From NCBI RefSeq assembly GCF_009914755.1, contig NC_060925.1: a stretch of DNA of 64,000 bases; one strand, 5' to 3'. Position 1 is the first letter of the stretch. The number at the start of each line of letters is the position of its first letter. The DNA is from the human T2T-CHM13v2.0 reference genome, Homo sapiens. This document shows positions 1 through 15,680 of the stretch, one piece after another. The notes below the pieces were generated by a model. It saw nothing but the letters and a program-made list of their open reading frames with translations. It was not told the DNA's origin and searched no databases. Made by a program: the position numbers and the translations under genes.

Positions 1-840
1 TTCCAATCCCTTGCCTTATTGGCCCTCCCCCCTGAGACTGTCAATCACTGCCTTAGGGAGCCACTGTTATTGGTGGGAGCATGTGAGGCCTCTTATGTAT
101 CTGCCTGGCCAATCCAGTATTCCATGTAACAAGTAGAGTAAATACTCATGGACGCTTTGGGAGAAAAGGCCAGAGGTGAGTAGTACCCCCAACAGACGTG
201 GAGGTTCCTAGATTATGTCACTGTAGAGTGTGGCTGCTGGTGGTGGTGGTGGTGGTGGGAACGGCAGCAGTAGCAGCAGCAAGGGGCTTCTGAATGAGGA
301 ACCCTCCATGGAATGTTAGGCAGGAGCTTTCAGAATGGTTTAATTCCTCAAGCCTCTGCATATGCCAGTCCCTTGTCCTGTATCACCGGATATTATCAGG
401 TTGCTTCTTATACATTCTTTTAGAAAGCTCACCTAGATTCCTGATTAGACCTGATACCCTCCTTTTTGCTCCCACTTTGCATTTCTATTATGATGCCACG
501 TCATATTAAAACTGTGAGCGTGTTGGTGCCCTGAAATAGTTGTAAACTTTTTGAAGTCAGAATTGGGGGCTTATACATCTGTGGATTTTCAGCCTCTAGG
601 CTGATTATATATAGTAAGCACAGAATACATGTTTTGAAAGTAGATTCCTCTTGCAAATGTGGCCTTTCACCTTATACCTCAGAGCATGGGCCATTTTGTG
701 GACTAACACTTTTCCCTGTCTATCGGAGAGTTGTGTTGTAAGAGCATGTCATTTACCACAATGGGAGCTTGACCTGACTATGGGTCTGAATCAGTTTTGA
801 TGAGGTTTGGGATGTGTGTGGGCCAAAAATAGCTATTTTT

Positions 841-1882
841 TTAAAAAAAGAATAACCACTTATTAGAGTAGATACAGAACCCTTGTTTGGCCAAATTTTA
901 ATACTGCTTTACATGTTTTCTGTTTGTGAAACAATTCTTATTACATTTATAACCAAAAATTTCAACTGATAACAGATTTAATTTTCACTGTCAAACACAC
1001 AGTTGATAATCTTGAGGGGAAAATACATCAAAGGCGTATATATATAATTATAGAAGTTCTTATTGTACATGTAGTATGGAAGATACATTTTATTACTTTT
1101 TACATATTCTGGAAGACATTCAAATGAAGGTAAATAAATTCAAACTGGTTGGTAAACTGTTCTGGTGCTTTCAGGTCCTTCATTTTCTTTTTTTGTTATA
1201 AGAAAATCCAAAATTATTGTTGAATTTCTCATCGTACATTCATCTAAAAACAGTAAAAAAAACTTGTAAAGGAAGACTGAAGATTGGTTAATTTAGGCGT
1301 TTTATAGTGGCTCATCATTAATTGACTGCTGGGGATACCTGCTAGAGAAGGAAAAAAAGTTGGAGAAAATTCCTCTAGTTATTTAAATCTGGTAAAGAAA
1401 TAAAACAAAACAGACAAAGATAATTGCAAAGCCACACGATGCTAAAAATAGCTAATTTTGAAGCGTGACGCTTATTCACTTTTGTACCTTCTGCAAAGTG
1501 CCAAGCATGTCAGAAGCACCACCAAGGCTGGCACTGCCCCATCCCAGGTCAGCTGGGCTCATGGTGCTCCACCCTGAAGGAGACCTCATGGTTTTCCCGT
1601 CTTCTCCCCAACATAAACCATCATCCCTGGGAAACGTGTCTGTGTAAGCCCCAGCTTGGGGCATGCTTCTGCCCATCAGTGTGGAGCCTGGTCCTTCAGG
1701 CTGATAAAGGATCTCATTCCATTTATTGAAGAGTGACCTTTCTTCACCTTCCATTGTGATTCCTTTTGAAAAGTTCCTGGCTTCCTCTTCCACCCTGTAG
1801 CAGGGAGCTGGCTGCCAGGCAAAGTCTGAGCAGGCTTGAGGAGAGTGGCTGAGCAGGGTAAATAGAAGGTTGTGAGGAAGGA
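841..1882 (-). pseudogene. Probable processed pseudogene (retrocopy), parent gene not identified
   Basis: Non-repeat block with mRNA-like layout on the minus strand: GC-richer open frame (1476-1898 ORF), then ~630 bp of AT-rich 3'UTR-like sequence, then a short A-tail remnant near 836-848. Flanked by imperfect direct repeats agctattttt (831-840) and agttattttt (1883-1892). Confidence 0.5.
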
Positions 1883-1911
1883 AGTTATTTTTGGTCATTT
1901 ATGGTTGAGAG

Positions 1912-2500
1912 GTGTCTTAGCCTGAATTTCTTAGGAAACAGAACCTGAAGCAAAGTTTATGAGCTCATGCTCTGTAGGGGTGTGGGAGTACAATTCCAGG
2001 GAGGTGAGAGTGAGGGAAGAGGGGAAATGAGATGGGAATGAGAAAAAGCAAATACAAAGAGTTGTTTTACCAAACTGGCTACAGTTTAACCAAGAAGCCC
2101 AGCTATTGCGCCATCAAATGGTAGGTCTCAGGAGAGGTTGAACAGAAACACTGTTTGGGAACAGTCTGTTGGGAGGAGGGGAGAACTGATCCACTCTCTC
2201 CTCCCTATCTTCCTACTCTGATCAGCCAAGGTTCTTCCCCATGGGGCCTTCGCCCTTTCATATTTCTAAGTTGTGTTACCTGGACCCTCTGGGCAGCTGC
2301 TGGGGAAGGAAGAACTCATAAGGTAGACCATGGTGAGCTAGCGGCACACCCTCCCTTCCTGCCTGTAGCAGAAGCCTCAGGGGCCCTCCAGTGTGTGTGC
2401 CTAGGAGGTTGGGGTGGGTGGCTCCGTGGGTCCCGCAGTGTGGGAGATGGGATGCACAAAGTCTGACATGTGAGGCATGAGGTGTCCTGCCACGTTGTGT
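1912..2500. mobile_element. Old ERVL/MaLR-type LTR remnant (LTR16/LTR33-like)
   Basis: Starts tgtcttagcctgaatttcttaggaaacagaacctgaagcaaag, resembling the terminus of these LTRs; heavily diverged. Confidence 0.4.
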
Positions 2501-2825
2501 CTTGAGTGACATGGGAGACTGGAAGCATCTGCAGGAGCAAGCCCAGCAGGCTGTGCAGGTGAAGAACTACAATGATGTGGCCTCTGCTATGAAGATAATA
2601 TAGAAGCTCCATGAATCTTTCTACAACCAACCAAATCCTCCTCTCTGTGGCCTATAAGAATGTGGTAGTGCCAGGTGAGCCTTCTGGAAGATCGCCAGTA
2701 ACACCGACCAGGAATAAGTGGCTAAGCTCATCTCAGGACACATACAAACTAGATCCTCTTTAAGAAGTATGACCATAGGGGGCGTGGTGGTTAGTAGAAG
2801 ACAGAAAGACAGAAAGAAGGGGGAC

Positions 2826-3015
2826 CTGCGCACAGTGACTTATGCCTGTAATTCCAGCACTTTGGGAGGACTAGGTGGGAGGATCATTTGAGACCAGGAG
2901 TTTGAAGCTACAGTGAGCTGTGATTCACCACTGCTCTCCAGCCTGGGTGACAGAGCCAGACACTGTCTCTAAAAATGAATGAATGAATGAATAAAGAAGC
3001 AAATAAATAAATAAA
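2826..3015 (+). mobile_element. Alu monomer (FAM/FRAM-like) with (TGAA)n/(TAAA)n tail
   Basis: gcctgtaattccagcactttgggagg...ctccagcctgggtgacagag in a single-arm layout. Confidence 0.85.
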
Positions 3016-5139
3016 TGGAGCCCCCCACCCCCCAAACACACACAAAGAGGGGCCTGGCTTCTTCAGAGAGCAAAGGATGCTGTTGTGTTTGTGCTCTGCC
3101 ACTTGCATATATCTTGTGAGCTCCCATAAGTCTAGGGCCATTTTCAGGTTGTGGCACTGAGTGCAGCGTCTGGCATATATTAGGAACTGTGTAAATGAAA
3201 TGGGCAAGAGACAAAGTGAGTCTACCTAGGAAAAAGCCCTTCACAGCATCTAAGCAGGGTAAATGACCCTGGTGCAGATGGAGATCGGCCTTGCTTTCCA
3301 GAGCCATGAAGGGAAGGCTCATCCCAGTGCTGGTGGCTGCCTGTGCGAAGTTGTGATTTAGAGAATTTTATAGCCCTGTTTTCAGATGTTCACTCACCAT
3401 TTACTGCTGTGCTGCTAATAAACATCTTGTCATAATGATAAATGGGGCAACTCGAGGGGGACGTGGGAGCCATGTTTAAAGAGCCTTGTGTTCTTCAGAA
3501 TACCAACCCTGCCTGTGGATCAGAGAGCCCCAAATTTATTTTTAAAAATCTGTCTTTATTGTTGATGTGACTGAAATCCAAGAGAGGCAAACTGTAACTT
3601 TGTTGGAAACCTCCAAAGGGAGGGGCCCCAGGGGCTGCAGGGAGCTGTCCAGGGTCCTGTGGCTGGGGAGAGGATGGCACAGTGGCCTCTGGACACTGTG
3701 GGGCATTCTTCCAGAGTTTGTGGTGAGCTTTGGTCAGGAGGAAAGAGGAAGCCTCCTTGGGGACAGATTTCCCAAGGTTCCCAAACTGAGATGCCACACT
3801 CCTCAGTGCCCAGGTATGTGGTCAGAATATGAGTTGAGACAACTGGGGAAAGCCTGGCCCTCATGGTGCAGTGAAAGATGCTTCAGGCAACAATAAAGAT
3901 TTCCCCTAGTGCCGATGCTTTTGCGTTGCAGAGATGGTGCCACATGCCACCACCCTGTGGGTTCAGTCTTCTGCTGACACCCTCTTAGCCCTTCTTCAGG
4001 TGCCCCTCCTTCCCCTTCCTCCTCTCTTTTCCTCCCCTCATCCTGTCCTTCCCATCCCTCTCCTTTCCTTTCTACCACACCCACGCTTCACACCCACTGC
4101 ACAGTGGAAGGCTGAGATGGGACAAGGGCCAGGATACAGAGGCCACTTGCAGGTGGGCATTGTGTTGTTTATGATGGGAGAAGAGAAAGCATCCACAGAA
4201 AAGTGAAAAGCTTCAAAGTGACTGGCAGCTGGGAAGAGGCCAGTTTGGGCTTGCCAATTTTGAATTCAGGCAGCTGGTGAACTGCCTGTTGCCCATGACA
4301 TTGGCATTTCAAGAGTAATGAGGAAAATGTAGAGAGATGTCAGTCCACTTTATCTTAGAGAGGCAATAGGCCTCAATTCTTTGAATTGAGGGTTTCATTT
4401 GAAAATGAGAAGAGATACGTTTTATTCTGATGCTCACATCCAAGATGAAAAGAGAAAGCTCCATGTTCTCAGCAGGAACTCAGTGCCTCAGGTGGCAGAA
4501 TTCTTTGGTTCAGGAAACCTCTCAGCATCCCTGTGTGTAGGGTTAAGTCTTGTCTGAGTCCAGAGAGACAGTCAGGTTGTACAGTCATAACTCAGGGGCC
4601 TGGGTTCTTTCTTCAAGTCTCATGCAGCAACAGTAGCTTCTGGGCAGGGTCAGCACACTTCCAGAGGCAGAGGCCAATCTTCTAGCTATCTTCTAGCACT
4701 ACAATGATGCGGCTGTGCTGTGCAGATGAAGCACTACAATGATGTGGCGAAAACTTGGAGGCAAGAGTAACTATCTTCTAGCACTACAAACACAATTCAA
4801 CTAATAGTAGACTCAGCTGGGTTAAAAAACATCTCTTTTTGATACTTAAATATTCTTAGGAAGGACTAAGACACACTGAAATGCGGAGTTCCTTGACATT
4901 TTTTATGCAGAGAAGCTGAGGCTCTGGGGCCTCCTTCCAGCTGGAATGGCACAGGGGACGCAGGGAAGGAGGCAGCTGCTTTCCTCTGGCACCAAGAATT
5001 TTGAGATGCTGGCAAACTCTAGGTCCTACCTTGATCCCAGAGGCAGGCTGAAATTTCCATAGCTCTGGAGCCATAGGAAAGAAGAATTTCTGGCAGCCTC
5101 TGGCTTTACCTTTTAATGTTTTGGCAACATGGTGTAAGA

Positions 5140-5300
5140 ACACAGGCTTTTAAATCACAAACTTATGTTCAAATCTCAGCTTCCCTGCTTCATAGGTAGG
5201 AAAGTTACTCATCTTTGTCTATCAAATAAGGAGAAAGACGTGACCCCCTAATGTGTCATGGGATTCAGTGAAGTAGCATATTGTAAACAGCAGGCACACA
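5140..5300 (+). mobile_element. MIR remnant
   Basis: aagaacacaggctttt...ttcaaatctcagcttc...tctatcaaataag MIR-like core. Confidence 0.5.
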
Positions 5301-5633
5301 GTAGCCCCATGTCAAGGTTAGATTCTCAGCAGAGACATAAATCAAACCCTCTATCAATAATGATAATTTTCTTCTCTCCAAACTGATACTTCTTATTTAT
5401 GTCTTACATCTTATTGAATTGTCTAGAATTTTATAAACAAATAATAAACCATGATAGAAATAATGGGAATCTTTGTTTGAGGCCTCTAGTATTTTACAGC
5501 TAAAAATAAAGTCAGTTGGAAAGAGAATCTCTTTATCATATTGAGAAATGACTCATCTCTTCTTGCATTTTAAAATGTTTATTTAGAATGCATTTGAATT
5601 TTATTAAATGCCCTATTGAAATAATCATATGCC

Positions 5634-5927
5634 TTTTTTTTTTTTTTAAACAGAATCTTGCTCTGTTGCCCAGCTGGAGTGCAGTGGTGCAATCTTGGCT
5701 CACTGCAACCTCTGCCCCTTGGGTTCAAGCAATTCTGATGCCTCAGCCTCCTGAGTAGTTGGGATTATAGGCATGCACCACCATGCCCAGCTAATTTTTC
5801 TATTTTTCTTAGAGACAGGGTTTCACCATGTTGGCCAGGCTGGTCTCAAATGCCTGACCTCAAATGACCTGCCCACCTCAGCCTCCCAAAGTGCTGGGAT
5901 TACAGGCGTGAGCCACCGTGCCCGGCC
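5634..5927 (-). mobile_element. Alu (AluS-type)
   Basis: Full dimer, poly-T at left, ends cccggcc. Confidence 0.95.
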
Positions 5928-5949
5928 AGTCATATACTTTTGTCATAGA

Positions 5950-6609
<660 letters not shown>

Positions 6610-6623
6610 ATAAGTGGTGATAA

Positions 6624-7026
<403 letters not shown>

Positions 7027-7029
7027 TAA

Positions 7030-7620
7030 TATTTCAACTTGTTCTCCTGTCTCTACTCTTTTAGTCCAAACTCTACACAGTGGCCAGACTTATCTTTCTA
7101 AAGTGTAAATCAGATCAAGTCACTCCCCTGCTTAAACACCTTCACTGATTTACCATTAATAACATAGAACTTCCTATCACAACCTGTAAGACCTTTTATT
7201 CTTTGACTCCCACCCAGCTCTCTTTCCATACTCCCCCTGGTTCCATCCAATAGCACTGGCTTTGAGCATGCCAGCCTTACTCTGTCACAGAACAATGTTC
7301 TTCTCCCAGATTTTTTCTGGACTATTACTTTCTCATTATTCATAACCCAACTCAAACATCACCTTCTTAGAGAGGCTCTTCCTGAGCTTTCTAGTTAGGC
7401 AGCTTTATAATACCTCTTGATTACATTATCCTATCTTATTTTCTTAGAATTTTCCTATACCTGAACTTAAATTACTTTGTTTATGCCCTGATTGTCTGTC
7501 TCCTCCCACTAGGATGTATGTGCCTTGAGAGCATGGATTTCTGGTCTGTCCGGCTCACTGCTCCTCAGAACTGCTGCCTAGTGAATGATGGGTGCTTAAT
7601 AAATATATTCACAAATAAGA
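7030..7620 (+). mobile_element. L2 3' end
   Basis: ctttctaaagtgtaaatcagatc...tcactcccctgcttaaa...gtgcttaataaatat L2 hallmarks. Confidence 0.75.
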
Positions 7621-7688
7621 ATGACCTATTATATTCCCTTTTTATTTTTGGTCATTTGTCTGGTTTTCCAATAACTTCAAAGCCTTAA

Positions 7689-8126
<438 letters not shown>

Positions 8127-8829
8127 TCTGAAGATTTTTCTAGGAGCTGGTATGTGTATGGAATTTCTCTACTTCCAGTTTTAGCCCTAAGATCTTCTCT
8201 TTACTTTTCTGGGGGAAAATTATTGCAATGGGAGGCCTGATGACTTTTTGAGACCAAGGGTATGAAGACATAAAGAGAGCCATAGGGAGATGTCTAACTG
8301 GAGTGATCTCTTATCCACCATAAACGTCTTTGGGCCATGGAAGCAAGCCATGGTCATTGGTAGCCAACCTCCCCAAGACAGAATGAAGTCCCTATAGTAT
8401 GCCCTTTGTTTAGTTTGGAGATTCTTGTTCTAAAAATGTAGATATATACTGTACTTCCCTTTTCTTTTCTGCATTTATTAAGTCTTTCTTTCTTTCTCTA
8501 AAAAACATTTTGCTATTTTTCCATGGCCTTTGGGGTCCTGGGGACAATAGAAAGGAAGTAAACAACAACAACAAAAATGATCTTGGTGACTACCCACCTC
8601 TGCAAAGGAATTTCCCATTTGGTGGCGTAATTCTCATTGATGTCTCTGTTTTGTTTTTCCTCTTGATTATGAACCCCTGGGTGAGGGCTGATGGCTTATT
8701 GTCTTTGAATGTCAGTGTCTGTCAGAGAGTAGGGACTGGGTTCACACTGGTTAAAGGACCCCTGTTTTGGATCACCAGTGACATCAAGGGTATGTGTGTG
8801 CCACACCAGGAAAAATCACAGGCTCCTGA

Positions 8830-9030
8830 GTCATTTGAACTAAGGTTTGAACCTTGAAGCTGTTACCTACTGCTTGAGTGATCTTGGGTGTGTTGCTTTA
8901 ATATTTTCTAAGCTTTAGGGTTTTTTTTTTTCATGCAAAATGGAGATCATAAAACCTATACCTTACAGGCTTGTAGGGAGGATTAACCAAAAAATGGTTT
9001 GTAAAGTGCCTGCACTTAGTAGGTGTCCTA
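8830..9030 (+). mobile_element. MIR remnant
   Basis: gtgatcttgggt...gcaaaatggagatcataaaacctatacc MIR core. Confidence 0.6.
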
Positions 9031-11239
9031 TGACCCATAGTCACTAATATTAATCTTTCATCTACTCCCAAGACCTCCAAGCAGGGCTCAGTTTATTTAT
9101 CCTGGCTAATTATCATCAGCAAGGAGGCCTCCCAACCTTCTCATTGGGCCTAATTACCCAAGTGAAGTCATCCACAGGGAGTGGAGCTGCCATCTGCTCT
9201 GAAGCCTCCCAAGCTGGGCCTCCCCTCCCACTTCTGGAGCCCAGGAACAGATGTGGGAGGCTGAGCAGGCAAGACTTCTGTTGCTGTGGTTAGCAGCTGA
9301 ATTTCTGGAATTTCCGCTAACAGCTCAAATCAGAAAGCTAGAACAGCTGTATATTTCCCTGGGGCCTGCCAGGGCTTTATACATGTGTGTAGGAAGCCCC
9401 TTTTCTTCTTCCTCCCCTCCTCACCAACGTTTTTTTTTTTAATTACTGAAATTTTCTGTCAATGGTGATGATATAGGAAAGGGCAAGGCGGGAGAGGGTG
9501 ACAGTGAGGGTGCAGCAGGTTGGGACCCAGCAAAATGATCTTTGGGGCCTAACATCCTTTGTCTCCAGGAGATCCCTAGTGTAGAAAGAGCAGCAGTAAA
9601 CAGGGAATCAGGAGGTCTGGAGTTGGGAACCAGCATTTTTATTAATGCATCTGGGGCTGTGGCAAGTCACTTCACATATCTTGGGCTCAGCATCCTCATA
9701 CATGTGATAAGGGGTGGACCTAGATGAGTTCCAAGATCTTTTCTGTAAAGATCCAAGTTCTCTTTCTGTATTTCTGGGTCTCTTTCTGTAAAAGTCCATG
9801 TTCTCTTTCTGTATTTGTGGGTCTCTTCCCACATTATCCCAACAATGGGACAGTGTCCCTGAGCCTGTGCTCCATTCCCTGGATTGGCCTCTGGTTACTG
9901 AATCTTCTATGATGTGTTAGATGATAGAAGTTGTCACATAAACTTATCATTGTCCTAGGGGACTTTCTTGGACAGATATAGTATTTTAAAACATACAAGA
10001 TAGGTTTTCTAACACTGGAAATTCAAACAGTGGACAGAGCGTTGGGGGAGACTACGTGTGTGTGACAGATTGAGCCAGGGCTGGAGGGGCATGGTGAGAA
10101 GAGCAAAGCCCTGCCAGCCATCCCTTAGATCTTCCACGGCCACTATGTTCAGACATACATATGCCCTTGTGTGGTCTGATGCTTTGTTCTAACACAATGG
10201 CTGTCACTCATTGAATACCTGTTGTGTACCAGGCATTGCTCTGGCTAGTCTCTAATCCTCATAGGAACCCTGCAAGGAGGGAGTTACAGTATTTATCACT
10301 TACAGTTTCAGATATTCCCAAGTACCCCAGAGGTCCATGTGGTGCAGCAACCTGCAATGTTGGGTTTGCTCCATTTGCTAAGAGGCTGGGTGCAGAGGGA
10401 AGCTGCCTGCCTGGTGAGGGAGGCTTGCTCACTGCTAAATGCCTGCAGCTCGATCCCTCAGAAGTCATGACTCTTGAAATAATAGTTTAGTTCTTTGGTG
10501 GAAAATGGCCTCTGAAAAAAAGCCAGTTACTAGTGTTGAGGATGTAGGTGAAAAGAAAATAATGAGGGCCAAGAAGGTGGACCAGAAAATAGAAATTTGA
10601 GATAAAAACTGGGAGGTTGGATTTAGCAGTGGCTCAGGTTCATAATGCAACTGAGAGAGCTCACCACATTTTCTTTATAGAAATGAGACAAAGTGATTCA
10701 AAGGCACTGTAAGGAATGTTCCAGCCTGTGCAAATGATAACATTTGACTACCATGTGGAAGGCACTCAAAATGCAGGTTACATGGAGTGTGGGTCATGAA
10801 GGCCAATGAGCCCCAAAGCCCCATTCTCAAGGAGTTTACGTCTAGCAGAGACACAGACAAATAAATGGCCAAATATTCTAGAAAATTCTATAAGATAAAT
10901 ACCCATGACTGGGATGCTTAAAGGGCTATCATAATTCACAGGATTCATTTCTAACTTAGGTCATTCAGGAAGGCCTCTTGGAGGAGGGATTTATTAAGCT
11001 AGATTTTATAAGGTTAGTAGGATTTAGATGGGAGGAGGGCATTTTGGGCAAAGGGACTAGCATGAGACAAGGTCTGCTTGTTAGATGGTCTGGATATGGC
11101 TGGCACATGGTAGATAGACCAGTTTGGCTTCAGTGTAGAATTCATGGAAGTATTATTAAAGAAAGGCCTAGAGGAATAGGTGCTTTGCTTTATGGGAAGT
11201 CCTCGAGTGCCAGCCTAGGGAGTTTGGGTAAGCTATATT

Positions 11240-11910
<671 letters not shown>

Positions 11911-13324
11911 AGTAGAGAGGGTGTGGGTGGGCTTCTAAGCTTTTGTATCTGACAGTGACATGACCCCTTGAGCTTCCTGCTTCATAGGTACGTTATTGTC
12001 CATACTGAATGCACTGAAATGGCCTGCTCCGTGTTGGTCTCCCGGGGATCAGTTCTTATTCTTATTTGTTCTTCAGGGGTCCACGGATTGGGTGCTTAAG
12101 CGGGATTTGTAATATAGATAAATGAATTTATTTTTTGAAGGATGGATTTGGAGAGAGGATAGATCGGAGCCTGAGGAAGTCAATTATTATATTTCTCCCA
12201 GTTAAGTTTGAAGAAAGAAAGATACTCTCCGCAGAGCTGTTTTGGCCTTTTTATTGGGAAACATTTTGTCACTCAAATGCTAATAATTAGAAATAAAGCA
12301 AAATACTTATTTTGCTAATAATTAGAAATAAAGCAATCAGTGCTAATAATTACAAATAAAGCAAAATACTTACTTCCTGGAAACCTGAAAACTGCTTGTG
12401 CCTCTTGCCATGCTCTTCCCTAAGGGGCCTATGCCCAATTTCCCCATAGAATGAAACATTTGGGAATTGTTCCAATCTAGTTTGGTGTGTCTGGAGTGCT
12501 GGCCTTTTTCCTGTCCCTGGTCTAATGGGTACATGAGTCTGGTAGCTTCTGGCTCCAGAAGGATTGATGTGGTCAGCCTTGGCAGTGACAACTCATAAGA
12601 TCAAAGTGTCTTTTGAAAACAGCATTGCTACTGACAGCCCCAAGCTTGATTAAATTGTGACTGGATTAGAGGGCCCCAGTGCAATTAGCTGCTTCTCTAG
12701 CTTCCCCTCCTCCCACTGTGGGCAGAGGCTGCCATGCAGGGCAAGATGCAGGCAGGGGTATAAATCCCCTCTGTCTTGCATGGGGGGTAACTTGATTTCT
12801 ATCTAGTCAAAGGCACGCTTGGGCCGCCTGTGTCGCAGTCTGTGTTACTCTCTGCTTTTTGGCAGCCCCAGCAGCATTCTAATGGTTTCACCTGCCATAG
12901 AGAAGCTTTGGTTAAGAGCGAGGGCAGGGGCAGTGCAACCTGGGGTTGGGGTCCAGGTTGGGGGAGAAGATGGATGAGAGGGAAGATGGCAGGGAAGGGA
13001 TGAAAGGGAAAGTAAGGCTGAAGAGAGCCTAGCTCATTCCAGAGGGGCTGTTAATAACCGCTGCACCTGAGATTCCTGCATCAGGTCTACTAGATGTAAA
13101 ACTCAAAGATGTTGAACTTGTGTTGGGGAGGAGAAAAGACAATATATGTATTTTTTGGTAGAATTGTGAGCGGTAGAAGTCACACACCTCAGGAGTAAGG
13201 GACTCATAGCTCTAGCCTTACCTCTGCTTCTTACTGGCTGTCTAGTCCTAGGAGGGTCATTTCACATTCCTGACATCTGTTTTCATCATCTGTAAGACCA
13301 GACAGTTGGACTAGATGAGCTCTA

Positions 13325-13718
<394 letters not shown>

Positions 13719-15459
13719 TTAAAAATAAGTAAATAACATTTTGTAAGTTATAAATACACACACGCACATTTGGAATCAGTTTATTGGTTAAAAGTTAACC
13801 AATAAATTTGAGTTAAGGCTAAATTTCCCCACCTATAAAGTAGGAATAAATACAGTACTTATTTCATAGAGTTATTGAGAAATTTAAATTAGGTAATACA
13901 TAGAAAATACATAGGACTTGTTCTGTAGTAAATGCTTAAATATAATAGCTATTGTTGTTGTTATTATGGGACTGTCCACATAGATGCCCATTTGACCAAA
14001 TGACTAGTAGAAAAATATACATTGAATTATTACTGAATATGTGCAGCGTGCCCGCACTCCGATGGCTCTAGGGGAATGCAATATGTAAGAGCTTCCCTGT
14101 TCTTGCTGGGAAGATAAGATAAAAAAAAAATCCGGAACTCTCAAACAGCACTGAGAGGCTGTGTATACTCAATGACTAGGATCAGTAATGTAGAAGTTCA
14201 GAGAAGTGTTGGAGAATTTGGAGAGGGCTTCACAGAAGGAGTGAGACTTGAAGGATAAGCAGATTTTAGGGGAGAGTATGGAGTGGACATTTTGGGCAGG
14301 AGGAAGGCAATGACATGAATGGAGTGAACGTGGTGGGTGAGATGCAGTCCTTTCCACCCTATATGTGTGGGAAGAGTCTTCTTTCATTCTTGATGTATTA
14401 GTCAAGCCTGCTAACTACTAGCTTGCTCATAACCTTGCTGGAGCTGGGGCTTGCGTGTGTGTGAACACATTTGTGTTCTTATGTGTTGCTGTTTTAGAAT
14501 CTGTCAAAAATATGGATGACTCCCTTCCTAGGGCCAAGTCTTATTTAATTCTTTGACTTTCAACAAGACAGACATTTCAGGAAGCCAAGAGATTGTTAGA
14601 AGGTTCACACTGTTCTTTTATTCCTTTTCCAACCCAGCATCGAGCAATAGTCAGATACTATTTGCACTTCTTCCAGGCTTCCGTTAAAGGTGGAATTTTC
14701 TCAAGTGTCTGAACAGTCTGGGGCTCTTGAAGGCAGATCCAGGCAGATCTGCTCACAGTTCACAGTCAAGCTTTGTGGGCACAATTAGCACTGGTGGAGG
14801 TGGTGGTGGTGATGGTGACAGTGGGAAGGGGTCATGACACCACTTATTGCCTTCCCTGGGGCAGAAATCATGGGCTTGTCACACATTGAATTATAACTCT
14901 CTTACCTCAGTTGGGATGCTAATATAAGCATAAAGATCAAGCCAGCCTGGTTTCTAAATAAAGAGGCTTAGAAGACATTCTGTCACTGTTACATTTTCTT
15001 CTTTTTCAGACAGCCTCTCTTCAGGGATATGGGCACCTGATGCTGGTTAATTTACTTAAGAACAATAGACAGGATCTTCTTCAATTCTATCTGTTTCCTA
15101 AGAGAAAGGAAAAATATCACTTTTTGGCAATGTCAGAAATTCTGAGGATCTTCCTTAATGTTCTGTCACTTTTTGGATGCCAGCCAGTCAGAGTAGGAGG
15201 CGAGGGTGGTTCAGTGCCAGGTGTTATGCTGTGTGTGGGGCTCTGTGCTAGGTGCTGAGGATGGGTGAATCTTAAGAGGAACTTGAGTATCCCCGAAGCC
15301 CTAGTGGAGTAGGTGTTGAGACTGGGAATGGACTGAGAATGGAGGTGTCTCTGGTAGGTGACTCAACAATGACTTCAAGTAGTGTGACCTCCACTTAGGA
15401 GTTTTAAAATTCTCTAATAATTATTGATCACTGAATACACTTGTGTTTATTCATCCAGT

Positions 15460-15680
15460 TTTCAGCTAATATGTTTTCAGGATGTAATGTGTGCTGGGCA
15501 CTCTGTTAGGCATTGACTCTAACTGTGAACAAGGCAGGCCTGGTTCCTGCCCCTCATGGAGCCTACATTTTAATAGGGCAGGCAGATAATAAATGAGTAA
15601 ATGGAAAATAAACAAAATACTTAAAGATTGTAATAACTGCCACAAAGGAACCAAGTGGAGTGTTGTAATGTAGAAGAAAG
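15460..15680 (-). mobile_element. L2 3' remnant
   Basis: gtgctgggcactctgttaggc...cctgcccctcatggagcctacatt. Confidence 0.6.

Noticed and set aside
1476-1898. Assigning a gene name to the 140-aa ORF
   Set aside because: Only short chance-level resemblances to known proteins came to mind; it cannot be named without a database search.
14985-15050. Strong splice-acceptor-like site (ttttcttctttttcag)
   Set aside because: No convincing donor or coding frame; isolated splice-like motifs are common (also ~176 and ~12076).
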